A stretch of 64,000 nucleotides of DNA from positions 44,826,001 to 44,890,000 of the forward strand of contig NC_135894.1 in assembly GCF_964194155.1 (NCBI RefSeq), read 5' to 3'. This document shows, piece after piece, positions 1-12,070 of the stretch. The position numbers and the translations under genes are program-made. A model generated the notes under the pieces. That model saw nothing but the letters and a program-made list of their open reading frames with translations. It was not told where the DNA came from and searched no databases. Position 1 is the first letter of the stretch, and each line of letters begins with the position of its first letter. Source of the DNA: Cetorhinus maximus. Lineage: Eukaryota.

Positions 1-329
1 CAGGTCGCCCCTCAGTCTTCTCTGCTCCAATGAAAACAACCCAAGTCTGTCCAACCTCTCTTCATAACTTAAATGTTTCATCCCAGGCAACATCCTGGTG
101 AATCTCCTCTGCGCCCCCTCCAGTGTAATCACATCCTTCCTATAATGTGGTGACCAGAACTGCACACAGTACTCCAGCTGTGTCCTCACCAAGGCTCCAT
201 ACAACTCCAACATGACCTCCCTACTTTTGTAATCTATGCCTCGATTGATAAAGGCAAGCGTCCCATATGCCTTTTTTACCACCCCACTAATATGCCTCTC
301 TGCCTTCAGGGATCTATGGACACATACCC
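1..329 (-). mobile_element. 5'-truncated CR1 LINE fragment (ORF2 RT C-terminal region), continues off the window edge
   Basis: Minus strand translates YVHRSLK...KKAYGTLAFINRGIDYKSREVMLELYGALVRTQLEYCVQFWSPHYRKDVITLEGAQRRFTRMLPG...ERLDRLGLFSLEQRRLRGDL, typical CR1 ORF2. Confidence 0.9.
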
Positions 330-1625
330 TGGAACCATTCTCATGAATCTCTTCTGAAACGTCTTTAATGCCTTCACATCCTTCCAAAAGTGCAGCGCCC
401 AGAACTGGGGTGCAATACTCCAGCTGAGGCCAAATGATTGACTTAACAAATTGAAAATAATCTCCTTGCTCTTGTACTCTATGCCCCCATTAATAAGGCC
501 TAGGATACTGTATGCGTTATTAATTGCTCTCTCAGCCTGTCCTGCCAACTTCAATGATTTATTCACATATACACCCAGGTCCCTTTGCTCCTGCACCCCT
601 TTAGAGTCATACACTTTATTTTATATTGCCATTCCACATTCTTCCTACCAAAATGAATCACTTCACATTTCTCTGTATTGAACTTCAGTTCCACCTGTCT
701 GCCCTTTCCATCAACTTGTCTATGTCCCTTTGCAGTTCTACACTATCCTCCTCGCAGTTCACAATGCTTCCAAGTTTTGTATCATCCGCAAACTTTGAAA
801 TTGTTTCCTGTACATCAAGGTCTAGGTCATATTAGGGAAAGCAAGGGTCCCAGCTCTGACCCCTGAGGAGCTCCACTACAAGCCTTCCTCTAGCATGAAA
901 AGCATCTATTAACCACTACTCTCTGTTTCCTGTCACTCAGCCAATTCTGTGTCCATGTTACTACTGTTCCTTTTATTCCATGAACTATAACTTTACTCAA
1001 GAGTCTGTTTTGTTGCACTATATCAAATACCTTTTGGAAGCCCATGTACACCACATCAACAGCCTTGCCCTCATCAACTCTCTCTGGTACCTCTTCAAAA
1101 AACTCCAAGAAGTTAGTTAAACATGATTTCCCTTAAGAAATCCTTGCTGGCTTTCCTTAATGAACCTGCATTTGTCTATATGACTATTAATTTTGTCCTG
1201 AATTATTGTTTCTAGACGATTCCCCACTACTGAAGTTAAACTGAATACCTGTATATGCTAGGTTTATCTTTACACTCTTTTTTGAACAAGGGTGTAACGC
1301 TTGCAATTCTCCAGTCCTCCGGAACCACCCCTGAACTTAAGGAAGACTGAAAAATCATGGCCAGTGTCTCTGCAATTTCCACTTTCACTTCCGTCGGTAT
1401 CCTTGGATGCATCTCATCCAGCTTTATTAGGTTTAAATACAAATAACCTATTCAATACCTCCTCCTTTTCAATTTTAAACCTATCTAATGTCTGAATTAC
1501 CTCATCTTTTACCATAGCCTGGGTAGCACCTTCTTCCATTGTAAAGACAGATGCAAAGTATTCATTTAGTCCCTCAGCTATGCCCTCTGCCTCCATCTGT
1601 AAATCCCCTTTTTGGTCCCAGCCTG
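330..1625 (-). mobile_element. Decayed CR1 LINE ORF2 (RT) fragment
   Basis: ORFs 306-614, 890-1108, 1236-1442 and part of 1414-1839 give LNEYFASVFT, VPEDWRIASVTPLFKK, VDVVYMGFQKVFD, QRDLGVYVNKSLK; stops and frameshifts present. Confidence 0.92.
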
Positions 1626-2846
1626 TTAGGCTGAATACCTTGTGAGTAAATACTATGCAATACCAGTTAGTGAGGTCCAATACCATGGCCGGAATTGTCC
1701 GTCTTCGCTGGTGCCGGGCGTGTTCAGTGGTGTGAGCAGACATAATGGCGAGAAGGCCAAAAATCAGTTTCATAATGTCGTGAAACCAGTCTGCGATTGT
1801 CTGCTCAGCCCGTTGATGGCGGGCTGCATTTCCCGCCATTGGATGCCGGGAACCTCATTGCAATACATCTGCATATCATTATAAGGCTAGCCCGCCGGAC
1901 TCATCCCCCTCCCCCCTGCACCACTGGATTGTCTGCCCACATCAGCGTGATTGTGCGCTAACGTGTTTCACAATAGCATATAAAAGACGGGCATTTGGCG
2001 GGCTGCACTTTGAGGGGAACTTGGAGGTGAGGACACAGTAACGTTGTGGAGCGCTCGCAAGGGACACCTGATGGACTTCAAGGTTGAAGCACATTGGGGT
2101 ACACGGCAAAGGTTGCTCTGCCCTTGAGGCGACTTTGTTGGGGGGGTGCAAAGGTGGTTGAAGGTAGTGCACAAGCATGTGCGGGTTTGGTGGGGGTAGA
2201 TGAGGGAAGCTGCCATGCATTAGGGAAACCTTGTATAAACTGACTGTTCCTCTGCAGCTGAGACAGCTCAGCTGCGACAACATTGATATGATTGGAGTCG
2301 GGCCTCTAGCTTCTGTGCCCACTCAAGCAACGCAGAGGCATCAAAGTGCCATCGAGTGTTCCAGAGCTTTTCACCCCTCAGGCACAGACTGCAAAGTAAT
2401 GAGCATTTTAGTGGACTGCAGAACAGTTGGACGACTGGGCACGTTGTACAATCTCCTTGCTAAAGCTGGCCATGGAGCAGTCACTGGTGGAGGTATTCAC
2501 AGCCCCTTGCAAGGCCACCATCCCAGATTGGACCAGTCTCACCCATGGTTCAAGCAAACAGTGCAGCCTTGCAGTGTGGGTTAGGGGAATGTCTGCGCCT
2601 GAGCTGAGGGCACAGCATGCAGTCCAGTGGGGAAAGCTGCTGCCAATCGGTCAGGTGGAGTGGGGTGGAGGAAGGTGGTGTTTTGGGCAGCCATGCAGAG
2701 CATTAAACTCTGGCCATCTAAGTGTGGTCAGCACACTCTGGGATGCATTAAGGGACCTTTAGACTTAGCCAAGAGAGGTTCTTAGTACACCTATGCTAAC
2801 ACATGCATCTCTGTCTTTCATTCTGAAGGAGGTGTACATCAGGAGC

Positions 2847-4078
2847 ATGGAGACTGGTGAACTAGCTGTATGACTCGTGGCGTACAGAGAATGAAGATGG
2901 CTGGGAAGAGAATGACTGACTGAGGCCCCTGACTATGCAGAGCGAGAAGCAGCAACCTCTGGAAGAAGGGGCAGCCGGGGCTCCCGCACATGCTTCTGAA
3001 GAGCCACAGTGAGCCGTCTCTGGTCGGCACCAAGCTAGACCCAGGGTCTATAGATTCCACCTTTCATTCTTGCAGATAACCGAGAACCAGTATCGCCTAA
3101 GACATGTCTAGGGAACTGTTCGGTCACCCCTGCCAGCTACTGCAGGATTTGGCGCCATGGGGACATGGAGGGCATCCACTGCCAATGGCTGTGAAAGTGA
3201 CAGTGGCACTCAATTTCTACACCAGTGGCTCCTTTCAGGGCTCCACAGGTAACCTCTTGTGGGATATCACAAGCCTCCACCCACAAATGCATCCATGCGT
3301 CACAGATGCCATCTTCGCGAGGGCACACAACTTTATGCCTTTCACCCAGGAGCAGGAGAGCCAGGATGCAGGAGTGAATGGATTTGCCCAGATCTCGGGT
3401 TTCCCACAGGTGCAGGGAACCATCGGCTGCACTCACGTGGCGCTCAGATCTCCGTCACAATACGTGGTCAAATATGTCAACCACAAGGGCTTCCATTCGC
3501 TGAATGTGCAGCTGGTGTGCGACCAGCACAAATGCATCCTGCAGGTACGCATGGTTTCCAGGGAGTGTCCACAGCTCCTATATTCTCAGTCGGTGACAGA
3601 TCCCTGACAACTTCCAGGGTCCACAGAGGCTGCAGGGATGGCTCCTTGGGGACAAGGGCTACCCGCAGAGGATGTAGCTGATGACACCCATGCGGTGGCC
3701 TCAGACTGCAGCAGAGTGACGCTATAATGAGGCAACTTGGTGGAGCAATCCATCGGGATGCTGAAAATGAAGCTCTGATGCCTGGACCGGTCTGGTGGAG
3801 CCATGCAATACAGTCCGCAGAGGGTGTCACGCATTGTCATTATATGCTGTGCCCTTTACAACCTGGCACTGCAACGGAGAGAGGAGCTGACTGAGGAGGA
3901 GATGCAAGAGCTGGAGGTCTCCTCCGATGAGGAAGACGTCGAAGGTAATGAGGGTGAGAAGGTCCTCGAAGGCGATGATGGTGATGATGAGGCCCGTGCA
4001 CTGGCTAGACGAGCCAGGCGCACTCGGGAGGCCCTCATAGCTGCTAGATTTGTGGAGGGTGATGAGGACATGCCGTGA
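2847..4078 (+). pseudogene. Harbinger DDE transposase (HARBI1-like, DDE_Tnp_4), frameshifted
   Basis: LPMAVKVTVALNFYTSGSFQ; FAQISGFPQVQGTIGCTHVAL (first catalytic D replaced by G); YVNHKGFHSLNVQLVCD; GWLLGDKGYP; VEQSIGMLK; LDRSGGAMQYSPQRVSRIVIICCALYNL; acidic C-terminal tail. Confidence 0.93.
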
Positions 4079-4782
4079 AGAGACACAATAGATCTTCACG
4101 TTGCATCTATGAATGTTTGACTCTGGCTTATGGCAGTGCATATACTCTCTGTGATAATACTCTCTGTCATGGAGACACAGTGGAGACACTAATAGGTGCT
4201 TGATTGCAGAATGACGATGATGACATGCAGTGAGGATACTCCATAGATCTTCCCATTGCCTCTGAGAATGTCTGACTCCTGCATCTCGCTTACACTCTAT
4301 GATCGGGGTCATATCATAGAGACGCAGCCATGAAACTTGAAAAGCATTTGATCCTTTGTCAGCCTTCAGCACCTGACCCCTTTAGGAGCACAGCGTCACT
4401 GGTCACAGATGCTGAAGAGATGGGGGCCAGCCCCAGCTTAAAAGGTGTTGAGAGCACACAGAGAGAATGATAGAACTCTGTGACACCTGCCCTCTACATT
4501 CTGGCAGCAATAACAAGCACAGCTGCAGTGCAGGCATCAGTAATGTTTCCAGGGAGTGTGAGGCTGGACCATCACTTTGGTCTGAAGGCTGCACAAAGCA
4601 CAGTGAAGAGGCCCTGGACTGAGACACCTGCCTTTATCTTGTACAGAAAGGTTTCACACCTGAGTGACACAAACACTGCTCATCAGAACAAGGAGCCCTA
4701 GGCAGGGAGACATTCTTGGGAGTTTATTGACAATAGTGAACATTATGTACATGTGATTAACACCTGTGCCCAGGCTGTGCAA

Positions 4783-5555
4783 TGCCCTCTGTGCCATTTA
4801 GCATGGCGTGGAGGGGTTTCCTGTATGGGCTGCTGCTGCACTCCCTTCAACTCTTTGCCCTTGCCCACCATGCCATGGAATACTCGTTGCCATCCGCTGG
4901 CGGATGTCCCCAGCAGACGGCTCTCTACGAGTCCTCCCCCTTACCTTTGTGGACCTGGGGTGGAGGATGTTACACGCAGCGGTCCCGTACAACCATAGGA
5001 TGTGTCGACTGATGGACTCCCAAGACACCTGCATTTTTTGTGGCCTTGTGGAGTCCGTGGACCACGCATATGTAAGTTGTTGTAGGCTGCACCCCCCTTT
5101 TAGTTTTGCTTTTGCTTTGCACTTTGCACTTCAGTCCCACGATCCTGATATATGAGCATGTGGTGCAGAGGGGGGGGGGGGGCGTGGGGAAGGAGGAGGA
5201 CCTCCTCGTGAACCTACTCCTGGGCCTGGGAAAGTTGGCGATCAACAGGTCCAGGCAGTTGGTGATTGAGGGGGTCATCCAACCCGACTGTCTGCCCCTC
5301 TTCCGCAGCTCCATTCGGGACCAGGTGTCCCTGGAGAGCAAACACGCGGCATCTGCCATCACCATCGAGGCCTTCCTGCTTATAGGGCACCACGGGGACT
5401 GGGGCTTTATCGATCCCTTTAATCACATTTTGATTTAATGTTTGTAAGTTCCCTTTAAATTTTGTCTTTTGTTTTTGCAGTTTCCCTTTAAGGGGCTGCC
5501 TTTCAATTTGTCCCTCGATTTGTTAATTTAGTTCATTTGGTCATTCTCAAAAGAG
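4783..5555 (+). mobile_element. 5'-truncated Tx1-clade (L1 group) LINE, ORF2 C-terminus plus 3' UTR
   Basis: DLGWRMLHAAVPYN...CIFCGLVESVDHAYVSC (zf-RVT CCHC) followed by EDLLVNLLLGLGKLAINRSR; T-rich 3' UTR ending CAAAAGAG. Confidence 0.82.
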
Positions 5556-7238
5556 TTACATCTTCTTAACCTTCCTAACCCTGCTGCTACGTCTTGGTGC
5601 TGCTCCCTGGACAGCAGAGGTGGAGGCAGCCTGCTGACTGCTATGCCCTGTCTGTGATTACCTTGGTGGACATCCCTAGAGCGCCCCGGCCTGCTTTCGT
5701 AGTCCTGCTGTGTGGCAGGGACACCCTCCTTGACCTGCAGAGCTGGAACTGCTGAGGTCACAGGAAGAGTGGATTCGATGGACCAGTCACTCCTGGAGTC
5801 ACCTGGATGGATGGTCCCAGGTGCACATCAGCTGATCCTCCCCACTATGGGTGCCCGGGGGCCCATGCTGACTCCTTGAGGAGAAGGGGCAGCTGGAGTG
5901 AGTTCGAGCAGCTCCACACCCTTCTCACGTACACACTATTGGACGCCAACAATGGCATAAGCGATGGAGTTAAGCCCACGCAGCAGTGCAGGAATGATGT
6001 CCTGGACAAAGGTCTCCATGGCGCTGCCATCCTACCAATGTTGGCCTAAGTGTTTTAGCATGTCGGCGCTATCACCTCAGCCTGAAGGCGGACGGACTCC
6101 TCCATCATGCCTTGCAATCTGAGGAGTGTAGCGGACATCCCTTCCTGATGTTCCCATGATTGCCTTTGCAGCTCCAGGAACTGTGACATAACCGAGTCCA
6201 GAGGCTTGTCATCCGACTCGGACTCAGCAAATTTCTGGCCTTCAGCAGACCCTCGAGTGCCGGACACCTGGGAAGTCCCTGCCTCCGCCTTCTGGATCAG
6301 AAAGTGTGATATGCTCATCAGATTGCGATCCCGAGGCTACTCTAAAGCTAGGTCCCACTGAGGTGTGTGTCTCTGCACTGGTGGAGGGTGTGGGTGAGCG
6401 CTGTGATGGGACTTCAAGGAGGGTGCCTTCAGATTCCTCTTCAGAGGTTTCTTTGCTTGATTGGGGGCCCTGGGTCATGGAGTCCGTTGGCTGTTTGGCA
6501 GATGTGCCTGCGAAAGCAACGAGAGATAATTAGTGCATGGCAGTGGCCTGTGAAACAGGTACATCACTCACGGCATGGTTGTCTGATGGATGTTGCACTG
6601 CTGGATCCTCACATGGTAGAGCAGCGCTGACCTCACCCTCAGCACAGGGGACAGTCCAGATCCTCTCCAGCCAGCTGGATGGCTCTGTTTTCAAAGCCCA
6701 TGAGGACCTTGATTTCAGGCATTTCTCGACCAGTAAGTGACCTATCTCTATTGTCATGTGCCAGTTTGACCCGCATAAATAGAGACGGAGAGAGTGTAAG
6801 CATGATGCCTGCCAGGCCAGATGATAAGTATGCCTGGCATGTGTCGGTGATGAGTGATCCCATGGATGGGATGAGGCCAATGAATGTATGTGTGAGAGAG
6901 AGAATGTGATGTCCATTGAACTGGCAATGAGTGAGAGACCTGTGGGTGTGTGATGGGTTTGTGAGTATGTGAGTTGAGAGTGATGAGAAGAGTGACTTAC
7001 CCTGATGGAACAGAGATCATTCATCCTCTTGTGGTACTGGGTGGCTGTCCTCTTTTGTAGGGATGGCACTGACCATCGCTGGTGCTGCTTCCCAAGCTGG
7101 ATTAGTGCTGTTGCTGCCCATTCTGCGGCCAAAGCGGGGGTAGAGGACATCAATGCGAGCCTCCACTGTGTCCAAAAGGTGTTCAAGAGACACATCATTG
7201 AACCTGGGGACTGCAGTATTTTTGCCTTTCAGGGCCAT
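5556..7238 (-). pseudogene. Harbinger Myb/SANT-like DNA-binding protein gene (NAIF1/MSANTD-like), three predicted exons: 7238-7001, 6770-6572, 6507-5556
   Basis: MALKGKNTAVPRFNDVSLEHLLDTVEARIDVLYP...AW...RTATQYHKRMNDL; donor AGG|GTAAGT at 7000; exon 2 KLAHDNRDRSLTG...FENRAIQLAG with donor GTGAGT at 6571; acceptor TTGCTTTCGCAG at 6508; ends RSSRVRKVKKM* (TAA 5558-5556). Confidence 0.8.
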
Positions 7239-7590
7239 GTCTTCTTTGCAGCAGTCGTGGGTTGGAAGCACTGAGAGGTGTGCCCGTGGCTGGACTTTAA
7301 ATATGGCGCCCGGCGTGATGAAGCAGTGAGATGCTGGCATGACAGGCGAATGAGAGCCCGCCTGCCATGGAAACGGTGTGTTTCCCGGGAATGCATAATT
7401 AATGCCGCGGGTTTAGGACGATACAATGTGAAAAGCCACCATTGCAACTGGCGGGTAAAACGTCACTTTTCCTGCCCACTACCGAACTTAGTGTAAATCT
7501 GGGATGATTCCACCCTATGTGATACCAGTTGGTTACTGTTGGTTGTGACAGCATATGCTTTAGATCCTGGTTTCAATTCCTACAAACCAT

Positions 7591-8032
7591 GGCCTGAATT
7601 TTTCGGGCGGGGTCTCCCTTCCCGCTCAAATGAGCATCAATTGGCTGCAGGCGGGATTCCCATCCCTCACTCGGGAGGAAGTCCCACCTTAGAGAGCTCC
7701 CAGCCAATCAGATTGGCCAGCAACTTTTCAGTTCCTGCAGCAACAATAGCTGCAACGGACTGAAGAGGAACTTCAGGAAGAACCCTGAGCCTAAGTCCCA
7801 GGACCCAAGCGCACGTTAAGTTTAAGGGGTCTGAGGACAGGGAGGATAATTGGCCACTTAAAGGCCTCAATTGAGTTAAGGGCGGCCTTCCTGTCCAAGG
7901 CCTTGCTCGCCCCAGTGTAAAATCGCTGCATGGTCAGGGCGGGTGGAACTCAGAGGGAATCCCATTCCTTCAATTTCACGCTCTCCCCCCCCGCCTAAAA
8001 ACCCGCCGGTGGGAGAGCGTGAAATTCTAGCC
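7591..8032. mobile_element. Harbinger-type MITE
   Basis: TIRs GGCCTGAATTT / GAAATTCTAGCC; perfect CAT TSD; internal CCAGCCAATCAGATTGGCC motif shared with 53400-53675. Confidence 0.8.
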
Positions 8033-8760
8033 CATGTTTCTGGGTAGTTTTTTTAAATGTTTGCAGTGTATAATACTGTTTCCAGCACAAGGAAATAAAT
8101 CCCTTTGGTAGGGAAAAGGGGCAATAAATGCTTAAAACAATTGTTGGTAATAACAGCAGATGAAGGCACAATATGTTTACACATTTCTTGGTCAGTTATT
8201 TTATTAGGGGATAAAAGCCTCTGTTAAAATAGTGTACAAATAAATGTCATGTGAATGTATTAAGTGGCCATTTGTTATTATCAGCAACAGTCATTTCTGG
8301 TCACTTTCGTGCAGTTTTAAGATCAGAGGATATTTAAAATGCAGCAGATTGATCAGCGTCTAAAAGACCTTTAAGTGGGGCCTGTTATCAGGATGCAATT
8401 TTAATGCCTTATTTCAATGAGAAAGACCGTGATATTTGCAGGGAGGTGGGTGAGGCTGAATATAGCCAAAGAACCCAGGAAGGCCAGGGGCTGACTAACA
8501 TCTGTTAGCTCTGTTTCCTTTCTGGCATCTGGACAAATGGCTAGCCTAGCCAATGGGAGGGAAGAAACACCAGCAGCAAGAGGCTGCAGTTGGGACCCTT
8601 GGGGACAATCCCTAACAATCGGGAGGAGGAAGAGAGCCCGTGATTTGGGGAGTGGGGAGGGAGCCCGTGATTTGGAGACTGGGAGGCAGCAGTGGGGAGG
8701 CTGGTAATCGGGAAATGATGGGTCGGGTTGGGGGCTGGCAATTAGGGCTTGGGAGATCAA

Positions 8761-9450
8761 GGCCAGGATTTTCCCGTTGGTGATTTGGGGGCGGGGCCCA
8801 CTCGCTGACGGGAAAATGGCACGGGATGATGTCGGGAGGAACCCCCGACGTCATCCCGGTCCCTTTAAATTTTCAGGAACGCGGGTGGACAGCGAAATCA
8901 GCTGTCCGCCCGCCGACCTGTCAATGGCCAATTAAGGCCATTGACAGGATAATTGAGATTGTTAAAGGCCCTGCCCGTCCAACCTTAAGGCTGGCGGGCA
9001 GGCCAGGAGCTCCAGCGGGCTCCTGATAATACATGAAACCTCATCCACTGGCGGGATGAGGGTTCATGTCCGTTTTTAAAAAGTTCCATAAAGTTTACGT
9101 GTTCCTTATTAACATGTCCCATCTTGTGTGACATTGTCACATGAGGGGGACATGTTAATAATTTTAATATTTTTCTATTTTTGGAGTTTTTTTACCTGTC
9201 ACTAATCTCCCTGAGACCGCACTCAGTCTCAGGGAGCAGTGCACTCTTTTGTGCGCAAGCGTGAAAGAGCACACTTTTACAGATGGGGAATTCCTTCCCC
9301 CCCCCACCCGCATGGGAAGCGCATAGCGCTTCCTGTTGGGCAGGCCGCTGGGCGGGCTTTAATTGGCCCGCCCACTTAAAATGGCGGCGGGCCCCTGTTC
9401 GGAGACAGAATTCGGCGGCTCGCTCGCCCACCAAGGGCAAAATTCTGCCC
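8761..9450. mobile_element. Harbinger-type MITE (690 bp, CpG-rich, probably young)
   Basis: TIRs GGCCAGGATTTTCCC / GGGCAAAATTCTGCCC; perfect CAA TSD; appears nested in an older element ending AAATTCTATCCC near 9898. Confidence 0.85.
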
Positions 9451-10364
9451 CAAATGTTTCCTTGAAGAGCCAAAGGTAGCAAACCAGCTTTTCCTGGCCT
9501 GCAAATAACATTGGGAAAGGCACATATCTCAGGCCACCAGCAGCTGCCATCTCCCTTTCACTGTCAGGTTTCCCAATCCCATGGAAACCCACACAGCAAC
9601 AATTTTAAATCAGATCCCAATTACATTATGGAAGTCTGATTTAAATGTTAGTGAAGTTTCCCTCCTCTATCCAGTGGGACATTTGAACAGCATTGTCACA
9701 GTGATGACCTGATCGAGCCATTACTTTTGAATGTCACGTAGGTCCCTGCTAGTTTGAAATGAGTTGCCCTCCTGTGCCTGTGTAAGGTGAGTTAAGATGG
9801 TCAGGGGCAAGAACATGTTAGGAATACGGCCTAAAATCCCTACCATTTTAAAGACTTGTCCCCTCCCCTTCAGCGTCGACTGGATTAAATTCTATCCCTA
9901 TGGATCCGAGAACTCTGACTAGAAATTTGTTTCAAGAAGGTGAAGATCAGACGGCCTCCGATTGACACTGAGTTGGGAAGTGGGGGGCAGTAGAGTAGAT
10001 GGCAGCAGATCAGCGGGGGTGGGTGACTTCACATTTAGCTAAGTTCTTGTTTAATATTTTGCTAAAAGTTCCCAGCAGTCAATTTGAATTCCACTGATTT
10101 GGCTGCTGTTGGTATGAAAGACCTGACAGCAGTGTGTAATCAGTTACAATCCAACATGGGAAAACAGCCTGAGATAGACGGTAAGCTCTCAGTTTGTATC
10201 GGTAATGGGCCTAATATCTATTTTGGTGGGGGTCTTGGCTGTCTATAGAGTACCTTAACCAATATGGTGTTTGGTGTAAATCTGGTATGGAATGAGGGTG
10301 TGCTTTGCATATTGGAGCCATCAATTCCCATTTCTTCACCTGATCTAATTTTTACGTCTCGATC

Positions 10365-10680
10365 TTCAAGATGTCATTGATGCATTAGAAAGTGTTTAGC
10401 GAAGAGTGATGAGGATCATTCTGGGATTTAAAGCTCAAAGATGTGAGGAGATGCTCACTGAATTAAAGCTTTATTCACCAGAGAAAAGAAATTAATGGAT
10501 GACATGACTCATTTCTTTGACATATTGAAAGTCATGACTATTGCCGATGTTTGAGAGTTATTTAACTTAAATTATAATTTAAAACAAGAAGGCAATACAG
10601 AATTGGAAGCCTTAGCAGAAAAAGCAGATGTGACTAGTCTGAACAAAAGCAGTTTCTTCTATCTCAGTCAAATCTTTTGA
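10365..10680 (+). mobile_element. Old CR1 ORF2 C-terminal remnant
   Basis: Translates IDALESV*RRVMRIILGFKAQRCEEMLTELKLYSPEKR, a degenerate form of the CR1 LE.VQRR.T..I.G..YEERL..L.L.SLE.RR motif. Confidence 0.6.
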
Positions 10681-11119
10681 AAAGAATCAAACGATTATCT
10701 GATTAATAGAATTAAAGGTTGTGCTGGTTAGTATAGACCGGAATGATCAATACTTCACAGAACACAATAGCTTCTATCCTCCTGTGACCATAGGGTTGTC
10801 ATCTCTGCACATATCCAGGCAGGGTTCAATACAGTGGGCTTTAAGAATAGATTAAGAGCCTGGGGCTTTTCTTCATTACGTATGGGACTTATTTCTACAG
10901 AATTAGTCCCGGTCCATTCCAATAGAAGTGTTTCATCTCTTGAGGTGATGCTGTAACATTCCACTAATGGGTGCACTGAGTTCCAGGCTCCTAATTCAAT
11001 GGGTCAAGGTCCTCCTGATCAACACAGAAGTCATCCTCTGATGGAGTCCCTATAATTTTCCTATTAGGCCATCAGGAACTAACAAGGCTTTCTTTATTTT
11101 TATATACATATTTTTCTCT

Positions 11120-11308
11120 TTTTTTTATTCTTTCATGGGATCTGGGCTTTGCTGGCAAGGCCAGCATTTATTGCCTATCCCTAATGGCCCTTGAGAAGGT
11201 GGTGGTGAGCCGCCTTCTTGAACCACTGCACTCTAATGTAGTGTCGGTACACCCACAGTGCTGTTAGGGTAGGAGTTCCAGGATTTTGACCTAGCGAGAG
11301 TGAAGGAG
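11120..11308 (-). mobile_element. 3' tail of the LINE family seen at 36380-38250
   Basis: Reverse complement matches 38065-38250 (TCCTTCACT..GCT.GGTCAAAATCCTGGAACTCC...CACCACC..CTTCTCAAGGGC...GCAATAAATGCTGGCC). Confidence 0.85.
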
Positions 11309-11329
11309 CCTGATGAGCCAAACTTTCCA

Positions 11330-11750
11330 CCACCTTTGCCCTTTCTGAGATGATCCAGTCCATGAAACACAACTCCTGCTCTCTTGACTTCATTCCACTG
11401 ACCTCCTTTCTTGGCCCCCAAGCTAGTTGACATTGCAAATGGTTTTATTTACTCAGATACTGTTGCGTTTCCTTTCAAAACCATTGTCATTGCCCCATTT
11501 CAAAAACTCATCCTTGATCAATCTGTCCTGACATACCAGAACCTCATCCTCAATCTCCTTTTCTCTCCAAGTCCTTATTGCTCTCCAAGTCCATGGTCAC
11601 CTCTCCTGAAAGTTCTTGTTTGAATCACTCTGATCAAAAGTTTCAATCCTTGCCACAGCATTGAACTGGTTGTAACCAAAGATAACAACATTAATTCTCT
11701 GTGACTGTGACCGTGATGCATTGTCTGTCCTTCGTCTCCTTGACCTCTCT
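11330..11750 (+). mobile_element. Degenerate L2-type LINE RT fragment
   Basis: Remnants of VAFPFKTIVIAPFQKLILD and a downstream CDRDALSVLRLLDLS (L2 LLDLSAAFD motif). Confidence 0.55.
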
Positions 11751-11870
11751 TGGAGATCAGGAATACCTTCTGAAAACCTGCTGATTCACCTACATCAGGG
11801 TTCCTTGCAGTAATACTGAGGAGAATAGCAATAAGACTTATGTATCAACAGAGTAATAATAGAGCATACT

Positions 11871-12070
11871 GGGAGGCCTTGTGGTGCACTAGTAGCATCC
11901 CTGCCTCTAAAAGCTTCAGGTTTAAGTCTCACTGCAGGACTTGATGGCCATGGAAGGTTTATTAATAATACAGCCAAACAGCTTGGTTATCAACCTGTAA
12001 ATCCTTCCATTACACCTATGGCAGACAATAAGAGAGGGAGATTCTCCTGTTCAGCCAGAACCCTGTTTCT
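11871..12070 (+). mobile_element. tRNA-derived SINE remnant
   Basis: A-box-like TGGTGCACTAGTAGC and B-box-like GGTTTAAGTC at Pol III spacing, with an A-rich end; no cloverleaf. Confidence 0.5.

Larger units (their letters stand above)
1687..7515. mobile_element. PIF/Harbinger DNA transposon, autonomous-type architecture, decayed
   Basis: Imperfect TIRs GGCCGGAATTGTCC (1687) and GGATGATTCCACCC (to 7515), flanks CAT/TAT; contains a + strand transposase and a convergent - strand Myb/SANT gene. Confidence 0.88.

Noticed and set aside
2847-4078. Domesticated host HARBI1 (and NAIF1 for the partner gene)
   Set aside because: Frameshifts, stops, a lost catalytic Asp, flanking TIRs and several paralogous copies in the window indicate transposon copies.
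6530-7198. 222-aa minus-strand ORF as a single-exon gene
   Set aside because: It reads through frameshifted Myb exon 1, an intron and exon 2; the spliced pseudogene model explains it better.
11871-11940. tRNA gene
   Set aside because: Only degenerate A/B boxes and no cloverleaf; it is a SINE head.
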